64,000 bases of DNA from Amphiscolops sp. MND2022 (lineage: Eukaryota). Positions within the stretch are counted from its first letter, which is position 1. Every line of letters begins with the position of its first letter. Made by a program: the position numbers and the translations under genes. Positions 24,100 to 37,600 of the stretch are shown piece by piece. Below the pieces are notes generated by a model that was not told the origin of the DNA, ran no database searches, and was given only the letters and a program-made list of their open reading frames with translations. Location of the stretch: assembly GCA_964187785.1 (NCBI GenBank), contig OZ076414.1, positions 33,108,001 to 33,172,000 on the forward strand, given 5' to 3'.

Positions 24100-27000
24100 C
24101 CTGTATGTCAACAACATTTGATGTACTGCTAAAATTTACACCTGCAACATCGTTGAACAATGGAAAATATTATCAATTTTGAAACGTTCAAACAACTTAA
24201 CTTGGAGGAGATATTCAACTTTTTCGGAAAAGTTTATTACCGAATTATCAAACTCGACAGTGTACTTGAAAATGTTACGGTGAGGCGGAATTCCCATGAA
24301 AAAAAACTGAATGACATTATGCAGTCAAGAAACAAACCAAGTGGAAATTTCCGACAATGTGACAGAAATCAAAGACAATCAAACACAACCGATAAAAAAT
24401 CGTTTGTTTGGTTCTCACTTGCTAAACCCAGAAACGGAAAACTAAATATTGGATTGAGCATCATCAGCAGAAAATCCCAAAACGACCTTCCTCGCGATGC
24501 GGCTATCCACGCTTATCCTGGATCAACGACCGATGAAAATGCAGGCGTAGTCGACTCGTACAAAAACAAACAACTGTGGACGATCAATCTCCAGGATGGA
24601 ACCAATAGCCTGCTAAAGCAGAGAAGTATCAATGTGAAAAATCTTTCCGAAAAACAGAAACTGTTAGAAGAGAATTTATATTCGAAATTTAGGCTGCATA
24701 GAAGTGTCATTTGCGAAATTCCACCAGTGAAAATGTCGATACTGTCAATGATTGTATTCTTAATTTCAAATGAGAATCATTATAAGCCAGCAATTGCATT
24801 ATCTATTTTATAAAACGACTATGTGCTGCTAGTAACTAAACAATCCTTTTTCGAGACCAAATTTATTTCAATTATAAATACGAGATCCTTTTCATGAATA
24901 TTTCCTTACTTTCACAACTTTTTAAATAGACAAACAATGTACCTCGTAGACAACAGATGCAAAAAAATACTTATTGGAATCATTCGAGATCCTTCAATTA
25001 TCGGAGACATCATCTGATAATTATCAGATTGTTCTGTGTTGAGGATGTCTGATGAACATTATCTTACACGCAGTTTAGTTTGCTGTGTACCATGATCTTT
25101 TTTTACCTTGCATACCGGTACACCAGTCCTTTCAAGACATTAAAAAAACAAAATGGCTTTAAAAAATTTAGGCAATGATCTTTGTCGAAACACAGTAGCT
25201 ATAACAGAAAAATGGTTGAACGAAAAAGATTACCTTAAAACTTGGGGTGTTTCTCCTAAATCTCATGAATGCTTTAGATACGATGGAAAATGCCTGGACA
25301 AAACCAAAGACGGTCATTTTGTCTTATATATCCCTTGTAAAATGGAATCAAAACAATTTCCAGAATTAAATCTGAGCTATATGGAAAAGTTGGAAAGTAT
25401 ATGGGTTGAAATTAAACAACCCAATTTAGCCTCTAATAAGAACATAACTTTATTGAATGTTCCGTAAAACCCTCAAAAGTCCTTTTCCGAACTTTTTCTA
25501 GATAGTTTATCTAAACCTAAACGTACTGTAGTACCTTTGCTTAAAGCAACTAAGATTGTTTTGATGGGCGATTGTCACAAAGATTACATGAAACAACTTG
25601 AACAAAATCACCACGACTCTGTCTTGAATAATTTGCTCTGAACGTTTCTTGCCCAACGATTCCATTGAGAGTAGGCAAAACCAATGAAACGCACATTTAT
25701 TATATAATAACGTAAACTGTTCAAATTACTTTTGTTTCCGACCCACCTTTTAAAACAGGCCATTTCGCTTCAGTATTTTTTATTACTGAGAAAATGAGTG
25801 ACAAAATCAAATAAAAAATATGACTCCTAAAAACCTAAGGTTCAACAAAAATTAATTTCGCACAATTTTAAGATCTCTGGATCGGGTCTTTATGTATAAT
25901 CATAGTCATGCGGATTCTATGTTGTACATTTTTATTTCTTTATCAACTGGGGCCTTACAGCAGCAAGCTCCTTCAAAGAAAGTGTTTTCCCGTACTCAAA
26001 AACCCGAAAAACACCTTAAATCAGAATGGTTAGATAATGAATGTAAATATGCCTCCTACAAAAACAAACACAGCTCTAAAACCTTACCAACGCCAAACAT
26101 CTGCTCTAAAATGAAAACAATGCAAACAAATGAGGTCAAATTTTTCGGAAGTATTAACTAGAAAGCATTCAGATTACAGCTTGAACTTATTGAAAACCGT
26201 TGAATCATCCAGGAATGTATGAAACTTTATCAATAACAATTGCAATACAAAGAAAGAGTCAAAAGTTGCGAATCTCGGCTCTAATGAGTTCTCTTGGGGA
26301 GTTAATCACGGAAGACAAAAGGATCGCAAACCCACGGAAATAAAATTTTTCACACCTAGGAGACTACTACGAAATAAACTATTGTTAAATATCGAAAACA
26401 AAATTACTCCTGAATTGTTTATTTTCCGACCAGCCACCATCAAAGAAGCATTTGATGCCATAAAACTTTTCAAAAATCCTAAAGATGGAAAGACTGAAAA
26501 TGTACCACATCTGACAATGGTGATAAATGAATATATCAGAGAACAAAACTTTCCCTCAATTTTGAAAAAAAGGTCTCATTGCACCTCTATACGCAAAACA
26601 TGATCCACTCAACCGTTCCAATTACAGACCCATTCCAATTACGAGCAGTTTGTCGAAATTATTTGAAAATATTCTGCATAAACCAAATAACCAATACCTA
26701 TCATCAGATGAATTTCTGAATTCTCTTCAATTTGACTTCCGCGTAAAAATATCAACACAAAATGCTCTCATTTTTTTATTCGAATCGATGCGTAAACATG
26801 TGGATAATAACAATTCGGTTTATTCAGTATTCTCAAACCTTTCACAAACATTAGTTTCCGTATGCCATAAAATTATCATGGATAAACTGAATTTATTCAG
26901 CTTCAAAGATGTTTAGCTTTTTATCACTCAGAAGCCAACATGTCAATAATACGTTATCTGACGTCATCAAAACATTCAAGATGTACCGCAAGGAACAGTA

Positions 27001-27450
27001 CATGGGCCATTACTTTTTTACATCTACATTAACGATATTACAAAATGCAATCTCCAAAGAATGAAGAATTATCCAATACGCCTATAACTGTTTGATATAC
27101 TCTGCGAACCCAAGACCTGATATTGCATTTCAGACTTTACAAATCTGTCTTCAAAACCTAGAAAACTGTTTTTGGACGAATCAGTTAACTTTAAATGCAT
27201 CTAATACAGAGTTTATTACTTTCTCAACACTGAAAATGACCGTATTCAATAGTCAACTTTTAGTCGCTTGTTCCATTATGAAACGTAAGATTGAAGTAAA
27301 GTATTAAGGCAATTTTCATCGACATTGACCTATCTTTCGAAACTCAAAATAAACGTGTACCTAGAAACATCCCCTTAAAAAACAAACGGACAGCTTTTCG
27401 CAATCATCTTAAACACTCAACTGTGAGTTATTGAATGAACAATCGAAACA
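24100..27450 (+). mobile_element. Decayed CR1/L2-type LINE with SGNH-esterase-like ORF1
   Basis: ORF1 24160-24813 (HAYPGSTT...LQDGTNSLLK); APE fragment IAITEKWLNE...ESIWVEI (25153-25467); RT fragments FPSILK, NYRPI..LSKLFE, LQFDFRVKIST, VPQGTVHGPLLF (26382-27307). Frameshifted. Confidence 0.82.
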
Positions 27451-27716
27451 AAAACAAAAAGGAATGTTTTGAAAGATCTTGGTTTAAGTAAGTTTTCTTA
27501 TGGACCCTTCTTTTTCACTTGTGAGAGAAGTTGTAATTCCTTGTAAATTGTCTCTTTCAACCCAGGAATTCAATACATGACACTTTTGGTATTATTATTC
27601 CTAATCTTTGGTACCAATATTTTCAACATTGGTCTCATCTTTTCACCACTTGTCATTGTTCTTGTTCACACACTATGGAGACCATTATTAAGTAGGCCAA
27701 AAAAAACCGAACCCTC

Positions 27717-28330
27717 TGTGATAATCCTCCCCCATGGAGTCTACTGAAACTATCGTTTCGTCTAAATTTATTCTGTTTTAACAAAACCGTTTAACAGGAA
27801 TTCTTAGTTCTCTCATGTCTGAAGCTCTAAGAGGATGATCGTCTTCATCTGAATCTAGGTTTACATTATTAGATACGTGAACTCCAGAAGACTTGACACC
27901 TTTTGATCCCGACGGCTGTGAATTCTGAGTATCTTTTACGTCGGGTCTGGGATGAGTCACAGTTGACACCCTTTCGTTACAGCTTACTTCTTTTAGAATG
28001 GACGACAAATTTGCCTCCAATTCCCCCTCGCATCACTGCAATCCTATCGTTATTCTTCTCTTCTAAAATCTGAGGCCAAACTTTTATCTCATTGCTGATC
28101 AAACTGGGTTCTATCAATTGTGGTTTCGAATAACATTCATTTATGTTCTCTTGAGTTTCTCGATTAACGTCAGTTAAGGTTTTATTACCAGTGTTTGGAG
28201 TCCCTGTTTGAGTTTTGCCTACTTCCCTTTTAGGGGACCGTGCTTCTAATATTCTTTATCTCCTATTTCTTCCGTTGCTATTTTTTTTGAGTGAAAACAA
28301 ATCGTGCTTGTTGGGAAAGAATTTGATATT
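27717..28330 (-). mobile_element. LTR 3' end (no adjacent internal region seen) carrying a decayed gag-N-terminus-like ORF
   Basis: On the minus strand the frame ...MEANLSSILKE...RFC*NRINLDETIVSVDSMGEDYH ends at ...TATCACA (27717), a typical LTR end, with no PBS after it. The right boundary is approximate. Confidence 0.55.
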
Positions 28331-29319
28331 ATTCAATTCCATTGTAACTTCCAACTGGAAAAGAAGTGAAAATGCTGACAAAGAAACGAAATGTATTCAC
28401 AGCAAAATCTTTACAAAAATACGGTAGGGTTATTTGGCAAATGCATTGGGGGAGAATGATTTCAGAAGTGAGAAATTATTTACTGCACTTGTTATCTTCG
28501 GAAAAATGATTTCCATGACATTCTTTTTTGAAGAGTCACTTTCCCGTATAGATAAAAATAGAATTACGTCAAATGATGTAACCCTATTTATAGTGTACGA
28601 ATTTGCAGTTGTATGACTTTCGAATCCAGGGCTTTTTTGGAAATGTACGTTTACGCATAAGCGGGACACGAATTTATGCATATTAACGTATAATTAGCGC
28701 TAAGAGAAACGTCACATGACGTATATATCAATATAGGCAAAAGCACTCATCCTTGAGATCCAAAAACGCATAATATTGCTCATACGCACGCTGAGAACAC
28801 GTACAATAACGTATAAACAAAAAATGGGTTCGTTAATATATGCGTCACTTCAAGAACCCAGTATTGTCGCATATTCATTTACTGCATAATACCGCATATA
28901 CGTTATACAATGGAATGCGTGATGACGCATAAGCACACTTCAGTAACACGTTTAAGCGAAATTGTTCTCTTGGTTTAGATTTCAGAACGAAATGACTGGT
29001 CGTGACCTCAAAACTGTTGTTGATTGCTTATGCCGTCTTTAGATGAAGATGTGATTACGTAATAAGAGCTTCAACAAAAAAATTCGAACGGAATTTTCAA
29101 AAATTTCCAGTGAATTGATTACATTGATTTTGAAGACGCAAAAAGGCTGTGCGTTCTTTTCGGTTCACGTAATAGTTAAAAGTCTGAAATTCAAGCCAGC
29201 AACTAAACCACTCGACCGATGGATCTTAATCAACAAAAACAACCCACTTCAAGTTAGTATAGCTGCTGTTTCGATTCAAGGAAATCCGACGAGAGCTAAA
29301 GTAAAACATTTCTATCAAA

Positions 29320-29670
29320 GCCTCTCTGCTGACCACATTTCCTATAACACATGCCCTAACACCATTTTGGAGAGCTCTTTAGATACAAATCTTCGTAAAT
29401 TTCCGGCCTGCTGGTCATAAAGCGAACGATATAGCATTTTGCAGAGATGCGTTAATTCATCTATGGAACTCTGTGCTCCAAGGGCCACCGAATAGAACAT
29501 GTAACCATTCTCGACTATTTCCCGGTATTTTTCGCTCTTCCGAGATTCAGTCTCTGTAGCAGTGGTTTTGGCTTTCTACAAGGAGCCTTCTTCGATGGGA
29601 CTGTGTGCAAGAGCATCAAAAACAGTTACATCTCATACCACTTGCTTTCCCATTTCCGAGCATTCATGTA
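29320..29670 (-). mobile_element. 3' fragment of a CRE-clade non-LTR element (second copy ~33893-34243)
   Basis: Minus strand reads MGKQVV*DVTVFDALAHS...TTATETESRKSEKYREIVENGYMF...LCKMLYRSLYDQQAG, homologous to the 15.6-16.0 kb endonuclease region. Confidence 0.65.
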
Positions 29671-30027
29671 TTGTGCTGTGAAAGTTTTGTACTAGGCGGT
29701 TATGAAATTCTCTTCGTGTAGTTTTGTAATGATCAGAAAACTGTTCCTTGACACTGCACAGGAAAGGTGAATGGTGGAGCACATCCTAGACCGAACCCCT
29801 TCATAAAGTTTTGCTGTAAAGTTGTTTTTAGACGAGCGAAGCGAAAAGGGAGCATGGATTTCTGCAACGACTCGCTCCGAATTTCGAAATAGCTGACTGT
29901 TTTTGACCATCGAGACTCGCGAGATGTCCATATGGTCAAGTGTTTTGCGCAGAATTTGTGACATGTGCTAAATTTTGAAGGAATATCTCAAAACTGCAGT
30001 GGAAAAAACTCTGTGGCAAAAGTTTAA

Positions 30028-30105
30028 CCTTTTAGTTAGCGCAACGTTTAAAGCTATCTATTCTCATGAGAATAGATAGCTTTAAACGTTGCGCTAACTA
30101 AAAGG
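30028..30105. repeat. Perfect 78-bp spacer-less palindrome (imperfect arms extend to ~29999-30134)
   Basis: CCTTTTAGTTAGCGCAACGTTTAAAGCTATCTATTCTCA followed directly by its exact reverse complement. Confidence 0.97.
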
Positions 30106-30689
30106 CTAAGTTTTTGCCACAGAGTTTTTTTCCACATAACTTTGAAAAAGCGCACAATCTTTTGTGTGTCTTTCAGCTTTGATCTTCTGTATCTCCAAAC
30201 CGAGACCGAAAATATAGTACTTGGTTATGTAAAATGTAAAAGAATTTTGTAGGCTACATTTTAGCCTGAAAGTGACCTCAATTATCATTCTTATGTTTTT
30301 TGGCAAAAGATGGTTCAAAAATTATCGGAAGTTTTTAGTTTGTACCTTATTAGTCGCAGAATTGAAACAGATGCGGAATCACTCTCCCTTAGAAAGAACG
30401 GCTAAGATAAAGGTTACCTTTTGCATCATCCAATTTTTCGTCATCAAGTACGACGCCGCCTTTTTTCCGCGAAAAGATATTTTCTCTTCGCCATTTAATC
30501 AAAAATTCCTTATCTGAGATTAGATAATTTCAAATGGTGTTTGGCTACAATACACACATATTGTATCACCTTCTGCACAGCTTGGTACGTTTCTGCTCAA
30601 ACCCAAGCGCGACATAGAGTGTTTTTTATCCTCCCATTTGTGAGTGTGACAACTCTGTTCGTCGTCTTTCTTTGGAAGTAACCCGAGTG

Positions 30690-31250
30690 CTACTGACCAT
30701 CAAAGGAAATGAAGCAAGAGAGGTCGAAAAAAATGAACAATGTCCGACGATGGCAATGTGGATATAATGCTAGGGGAGGCAACTCGATTGAGAGACAATT
30801 TGAAAAAGTAGTAAATGGACCAGAAGGACACCAGGACTCAGAGTCCCTACCCAATAGAAAAAAATCGTCTCAAAAGAATGAGATTTGAAACATCGACAAC
30901 AGAAACTGCTCTACTGCTCTTGATGAACTAATAAAGTCGATTTAAATACTACCAAGTGAAATGACTGCTAGGTTGTCTCAAGAGATGGATTACCTATTGA
31001 TCATGATGCAGACACAAATTATTAAGCCATTGGTTCAGCTATTAAAGATAGGGTTATCCCAGAAATACAAAAAAAACCGGGAATTTGCCTTTGGACCAAA
31101 ACCCCACTGGGACGAGGGCCTCCCGATACGATCAAAGTTTCCGTAATAGTTGGAATGTTAAACTTACAAAAAACGACTCTAGGTCCGCCTTTGACCTAAT
31201 GGAAGACATGGATCTTACTCCTGACACCCGACCTTCCGTTGTAAAACGCA
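30690..31250 (+). mobile_element. Highly decayed relative of the ORF-bearing LTR at 44009/47251 (second copy ~35265-35825)
   Basis: ...GAAGCAAGAGAGGTCG...ATGTCCGAC...GTGGATATAATGCTAGGGGAGG resembles the KARKSREAEMLSDIENLDIMLGG-coding segment; multiple stops. Confidence 0.45.
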
Positions 31251-32499
31251 ATATTATTCCGATGTAACTGTAAAATTTTGGAATTAGCGCAATATTTTCA
31301 ATCCTCGATTTCTTCTTTAGTGAAACGCAAGTAACTTCGGAATTAACGGTTAAAAATTCGAAATTAACGAGCTGGGCCGTGGCGGCCGCACGAGTGTCTG
31401 GCGGAGATTGTAAAAATGGATCATTGAATGTTTGAGATTTTCATCTGTTAAAAAAAGTTGTCACTGTAGTAGTCGTGCGCTTCTTCCGCTGAAATCCGCC
31501 GACTGAAAATGACTAAGGTTTCAAATAATCTTTCAGTATTTCAAGAAAATGTAAGCGTTGAAAAAGTCTAACAAAGTACGGTAAATTGTATATCGGAAGC
31601 CGCTCTACGCAACCCTGAAATCTTTTCTGAAAGTTTCCGTTGTTGTCGAAAAAGACGATACAAGATCATCACCTTGTTCCAACAAATTTCAATGTTTCGT
31701 GTAGCAAACGCACGAAAAGGTTCTGAAAATGTAAAAATGTTTTTCGTTTGGGCCATTTTTTGATTTTTGGACAATTTTTGGATGTTTTTTTTCGTTATGA
31801 ACCGCCAGATAATTCAATAACAATCTATTTGTTCACTTCGCATACTTTGTATGTGAAAAAGCACAACTTTTTTGGAGATACAAAAGCCTCAAATGAAAAG
31901 CAAACACCACAACGTTCAATTTTTTGGCGTTTTATGCTGTTTTTTGCACCCTTTTTGACATAACTTTTGGTCCAACAATATTTTTTCAAATATGAAAATT
32001 AGATGCCATAATAAAATTTGTGCGCCTACGCAACTAGTGAAGATGTTACGACTTTGTTCAACGTTTCACGCTAGCAAGAAATTCACTACTACCATATTCT
32101 GTTTTCAGCAGCCTTTTTACTTTATACGGAAACACTCGTGAACAAAACAGCATCAGATACCAAAAATGTTCTCACGTTTTCGATAGAAATTGGTACATAG
32201 ATTGAGGAACATTTTTGAATACTCATGCCTCAACTCTAGCTGCGGCCAACGAAATCATTAACCTGAGCGTTATTTGATCAATTAAGGTAATTTGCCATGA
32301 GTGGAAAGCCCTCATTCCATAAAGGGACCGTACTATACCTGTTCTATGTTGAAAGGTCTAATGAAAATATAATGTGTTTCTTATAACTTCAATTCTACAT
32401 CAACTGATTTCTGTAGCAAAATAAAAACCAATGGTTCTTTATCAATCTATTCTAGCATACATACTGTGTGTATAAAAACATGTTTCAACGGAAATTCAA

Positions 32500-32695
32500 A
32501 TCATTCTTGCTCAATTGAAGTCATTGATTGACAGTTTGTGAAGTGAACAATTCGGAATCGGTTCTACACCGTATAACATTCCCCCCTCCTGGTGGATGCT
32601 CTCTTTTACTCTTTTGATGAGCCCGACATCGGGCTTTGCTCTCTCTCGAAATCCGCCGGTTTCTGTAACTTTCCTTTTTTCCGATGAAACCTGCA
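32500..32695 (-). mobile_element. Gypsy 3' end: PPT and start of 3' LTR (second copy ~37078-37273)
   Basis: Minus strand ...RVKESIHQ then AGGAGGGGGGAA (PPT, 32579-32590) then TGTTATACGG (LTR start at 32578). The LTR is truncated after a short distance. Confidence 0.6.
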
Positions 32696-34600
32696 TTTCG
32701 AATAACATTCATTTATGTTCTCTTGAGTTTCTCGATTAACGTCAGTTAAGGTTTTATTACCAGTGTTTGGAGTCCCTGTTTGAGTTTTGCCTACTTCCCT
32801 TTTAGGGGACCGTGCTTCTAATATTCTTTATCTCCTATTTCTTCCGTTGCTAATTTTTTTGAGTGAAAACAAATCGTGCTTGTTGGGAAAGAATTTGATA
32901 TTATTCAATTCCATTGTAACTTCCAACTGGAAAAGAAGTGAAAATGCTGACAAAGAAACAAAATGTATTCACAGCAAAATCTTTACAAAAATACGGTAGG
33001 GTTATTTGGCAAATGCATTGGGGGAGAATGATTTCAGAAGTGAGAAATTATTTACTGCACTTGTTATCTTCGGAAAAATGATTTCCATGACATTCTTTTT
33101 TGAAGAGTCACTTTCCCGTATAGATAAAAATAGAATTACGTCAAATGATGTAACCCTATTTATAGTGTACGAATTTGCAGTTGTATGACGTTCGAATCCA
33201 GGGCTTTTTTTGGAAATGTACGTTTACGCATAAGCGGTACACGAATTTATGCATATTAACGTATAATTAGCGCTAAGAGAAACGTCACATGTCGTATATA
33301 TCAATATAGGCAAAAGCACTCATCCTTGAGATCCAAAAACGCATATTATTGCTCATACGCACGCTGAGAACACGTACAATAACGTATAAACAAAAAATGG
33401 GTTCGTTAATTTATGCGTCACTTCAAGAACCCAGTATTGTCGCATATTCATTTACTGCATAATACCGCATATACGTTATACAATGGAATGCGTGATGACG
33501 CATAAGCACACTTCAGTAACACGTTTAAGCGAAATTGTTCTCTTGGTTTAAATTTCAGAACGAAATGACTGGTCATGACCTCAAAACTGTTGTTGATTGC
33601 TTATGCCGTCTTTAGATGAAGATGTGATTACGTAATAAGAGCTTCAACAAAAAAATTCGAACGGAATTTTCAAAAATTTCCAGTGAATTGATTACATTGA
33701 TTTTGAAGACGCAAAAAGGCTGTGCGTTCTTTTCGGTTCACGTAATAGTTAAAAGTCTGAAATTCAAGCCAGCAACTAAACCACTCGACCGATGGATCTT
33801 AATCAACAAAAACAACCCACTTCAAGTTAGTATAGCTGCTGTTTCGATTCAAGGAAATCCGACGAGAGCTAAAGTAAAACATTTCTATCAAAGCCTCTCT
33901 GCTGACCACATTTCCTATAACACATGCCCTAACACCATCTTGGAGAGCTCTTTAGATACAAATCTTCGTAAAATTCCGGCCTGCTGGTCATAGTGCGAAC
34001 GATATAGCATTTTGCAGAGATGCGTTAATTCATCTGAGGAACTCTGTGCTCCAAGGGCCACCGAATAGAACATGTAACCATTCTCGACTATTTCCCGGTA
34101 TTTTTCGCTCTTCCGAGATTCAGTCTCTGTAGCAGTGGTTTTGGCTTTCTACAAGGAGCCTTCTTCGATGGGACTGTGTGCAAGAGCATCAAAAACAGTG
34201 ACATCTCATACCAGTTGCTTTCCCATTTCCGAGCATTCATGTATTGTGCTGTGAAAGTTTTGTACTAGGCGGTTATGAAACTCTCTTCGTGTAGTTTTGT
34301 AATGATCAGAAAACTGTTCCTTGACACTGCACAGGAAAGGTGAATGGTGGAGCACATCCTAGACCGAACCCCTTCATAAAGTTTTGCTGTAAAGTTGTTT
34401 TTAGACGAGCGAAGCGAAAAGGGAGCATGGATTTCTGCAACGACTCGCTCCGAATTTCGAAATAGCTGACTGTTTTTGACCATCGAGACTCGCGAGATGT
34501 CCATATGGTCAAGTGTTTTGCGCAGAATTTGTGACATGTGCTAAATTTTGAAGGAATATCTCAAAACTGCAGTGGAAAAAACTCTGTGGCAAAAGTTTAA

Positions 34601-34678
34601 CCTTTTAGTTAGCGCAACGTTTAAAGCTATCTATTCTCATGAGAATAGATAGCTTTAAACGTTGCGCTAACTAAAAGG
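34601..34678. repeat. Perfect 78-bp palindrome, copy in tandem unit 2
   Basis: Identical to 30028-30105. Confidence 0.97.
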
Positions 34679-37600
34679 CTAAGTTTTTGCCACAGAGTTT
34701 TTTTCCACATAACTTTGAAAAAGCGCACAATCTTTTGTGTGTCTTTCAGCTTTGATCTTCTGTATCTCCAAACCGAGACCGAAAATATAGTACTTGGTTA
34801 TGTAAAATGTAAAAGAATTTTGTAGGCTACATTTTAGCCTGAAAGTGACGTCAATTATCATTCTTATGTTTTTTGGCAAAAGATGGTTCAAAAATTATCG
34901 GAAGTTTTTAGTTTGTACCTTTTTCGCAGAATTGAAACAGATGCGGAATCACTCTCCCTTAGAAAGAACGGCTAAGATAAAGGTTACCTTTTGTATCATC
35001 CAATTTTTCGTCATCAAGTACGACGCCGCCTTTTTTCCGCGAAAAGATATTTTTTCTTCGCCATTTAATCAAAAATTCTTTATCTGAGATTAGATAATTT
35101 CAAATGGTGTTTGGCTACAATACACACATATTGTATCACCTTCTGCACAGCTTGGTACGTTTCTGCTCAAACCCAAGCGCGACATAGAGTGCTCCTATGT
35201 TTTTTATCTTCCCATTTGTGAGTGTGACAACTCTGTTCGTCGTCTTTCTTTGGAAGTAACCCGAGTGCTACTGACCATCAAAGGAAATGAAGCAAGAGAG
35301 GTCGAAAAAAATGAACAATGTCCGACGATGGCAATGTGGATATAATGCTAGGGGAGGCAACTCGATTGAGAGACAATTTGAAAAAGTAGTAAATGGACCA
35401 GAAGGACACCAGGACTCAGAGTCCCTACCCAATAGAAAAAAATCGTCTCAAAAGAATGAGATTTGAAACATCGACAACAGAAACTGCTCTACTGCTCTTG
35501 ATGAACTAATAAAGTCGATTTAAATACTACCAAGTGAAATGACTGCTAGGTTGTCTCAAGAGATGGATTACCTATTGATCATGATGCAGACACAAATTAT
35601 TAAGCCATTGGTTCAGCTATTAACGATAGGGTTATCCCAGAAATACAAAAAAAACCGGGAACTTGCCTTTGGACCAAAACCCCACTGGGACGAGGGCCTC
35701 CCTATACGATCAAAATTTCCGTAATAGTTGGAATGTTAAACTTACAAAAAACGACTCTAGGTCCGCCTTTGACCTAATGGAAGACATGGATCTTACTCCT
35801 GACACCCGACCTTCCGTTGTAAAACGCAATATTATTCCGATGTAACTGTAAAATTTTGGAATTAGCGCAATATTTTCAATCCTCGATTTCTTCTTTAGTG
35901 AAACGCAAGTAACTTCGGATATAACGGTTAAAAATTCGAAACTAACGAGCTGGGCCGTGGCGGCCGCACGAGTGTCTCGCGGAGATTGTAAAAATGGATC
36001 ATTGAATGTTTGAGATTTTCATCTGTTAAAAAAAGTTGTCACTGTAGTAGTCGTGCGCTTCTTCCGCTGAAATCCGCCGACTGAAAATGACTAAGGTTTC
36101 AAATAATCTTTCAGTATTTCAAGAAAATGTAAGCGTTGAAAAAGTCTAACAAAGTACGCTAAATGGTATATCGGAAGCCGCTCTACGCAACCCTGAAATC
36201 TTTTCTGAAAGTTTCCGTTGTTGTCGAAAAAGACGATACAAGATCATCACCTTGTTCCAACAAATTCCAATGTTTCGTGTAGCAAACACACGAAAAGGTT
36301 CTGAAAATGTAAAAATGTTTTTCGTTTCGGCCATTTTTTGAATTTTGGACAACTTTTGGATGTTTTTTTTTCGTTATTAACCGCCAGATAATTCAATAAC
36401 AATCTATTTATTCACTTCGCATACTTTGTATGTGAAAAAGCACAACTTTTTTGGAGATACAAAAGCCTCAAATGAAAAGCAAACACCACAACGTTCAATT
36501 TTTTGGCGTTTTATGCTGTTTTTGCACCCTTTTTGACATAACTTTTGGTCCAACAATATTTTTTCAAATATGAAAATTAGATGCCATAATAAAATTTGTG
36601 CGCCTACGCAACTAGTGAAGATGTTACGACTTTGTTCAACGTTTCACGCTAGCAAGAAATTCACTACTACCATATTCTGTTTTCAGCAGCCTTTTTACTT
36701 TATACGGAAACACTCGTGAACAAAACAGCATCAGATACCAAAAATGTTCTCACGTTTTCGATAGAAATTGGTACATAGATTGAGGAACATTTTTGAATAC
36801 TCATGCCTCAACTCTAGCTGCGGCCAACGAAATCATTAACCTGAGCGTTATTTGATCAATTAAGGTAATTTGCCATGAGTGGAAAGCCCTCATTCCATAA
36901 AGGGACCGTACTATACCTGTTCTATGTTGAAAGGTCTAATGAAAATATAATGTGTTTCTTATAACTTCAATTCTACATCAACTGATTTCTGTAGCAAAAT
37001 AAAAACCAATGGTTCTTTATCAATCTATTCTAGCATACATACTGTGTGTATAAAAACATGTTTCAACGGAAATTCAAATCATTCTTGCTCAATTGAAGTC
37101 ATTGATTGACAGTTTGTGAAGTGAACAATTCGGAATCGGTTCTACACCGTATAACATTCCCCCCTCCTGGTGGATGCTCTCTTTTACTCTTTTGATGAGC
37201 CCGACATCGGGCTTTGCTCTCTCTCGAAATCCGCCGGTTTCTGTAACTTTCCTTTTTTCCGATGAAACCTGCATTTCGAATAACATTCATTTATGTTCTC
37301 TTGAGTTTCTCGATTAACGTCAGTTAAGGTTTTATTACCAGTGTTTGGAGTCCCTGTTTGAGTTTTGCCTACATCCCTTTTAGGGGACCGTGCTTCTAAT
37401 ATTCTTTATCTCCTATTTCTTCCGTTGCTAATTTTTTTGAGTGAAAACAAATCGTGCTTGTTGGGAAAGAATTTGATATTATTCAATTCCATTGTAACTT
37501 CCAACTGGAAAAGAAGTGAAAATGCTGACAAACAAACAAAATGTATTCACAGCAAAATCTTTACAAAAATACGGTAGGGTTATTTGGCAAATGCATTGGG

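Noticed and set aside
30067-34639. Tandem unit as an ITR-bounded virus or transposon concatemer cut at the palindrome centre
   Set aside because: The array boundaries fall at 28124 and 38434, not at the palindrome. Copy 1 is continuous with the LTR ORF to its left, and the unit encodes no replicase, capsid or transposase.
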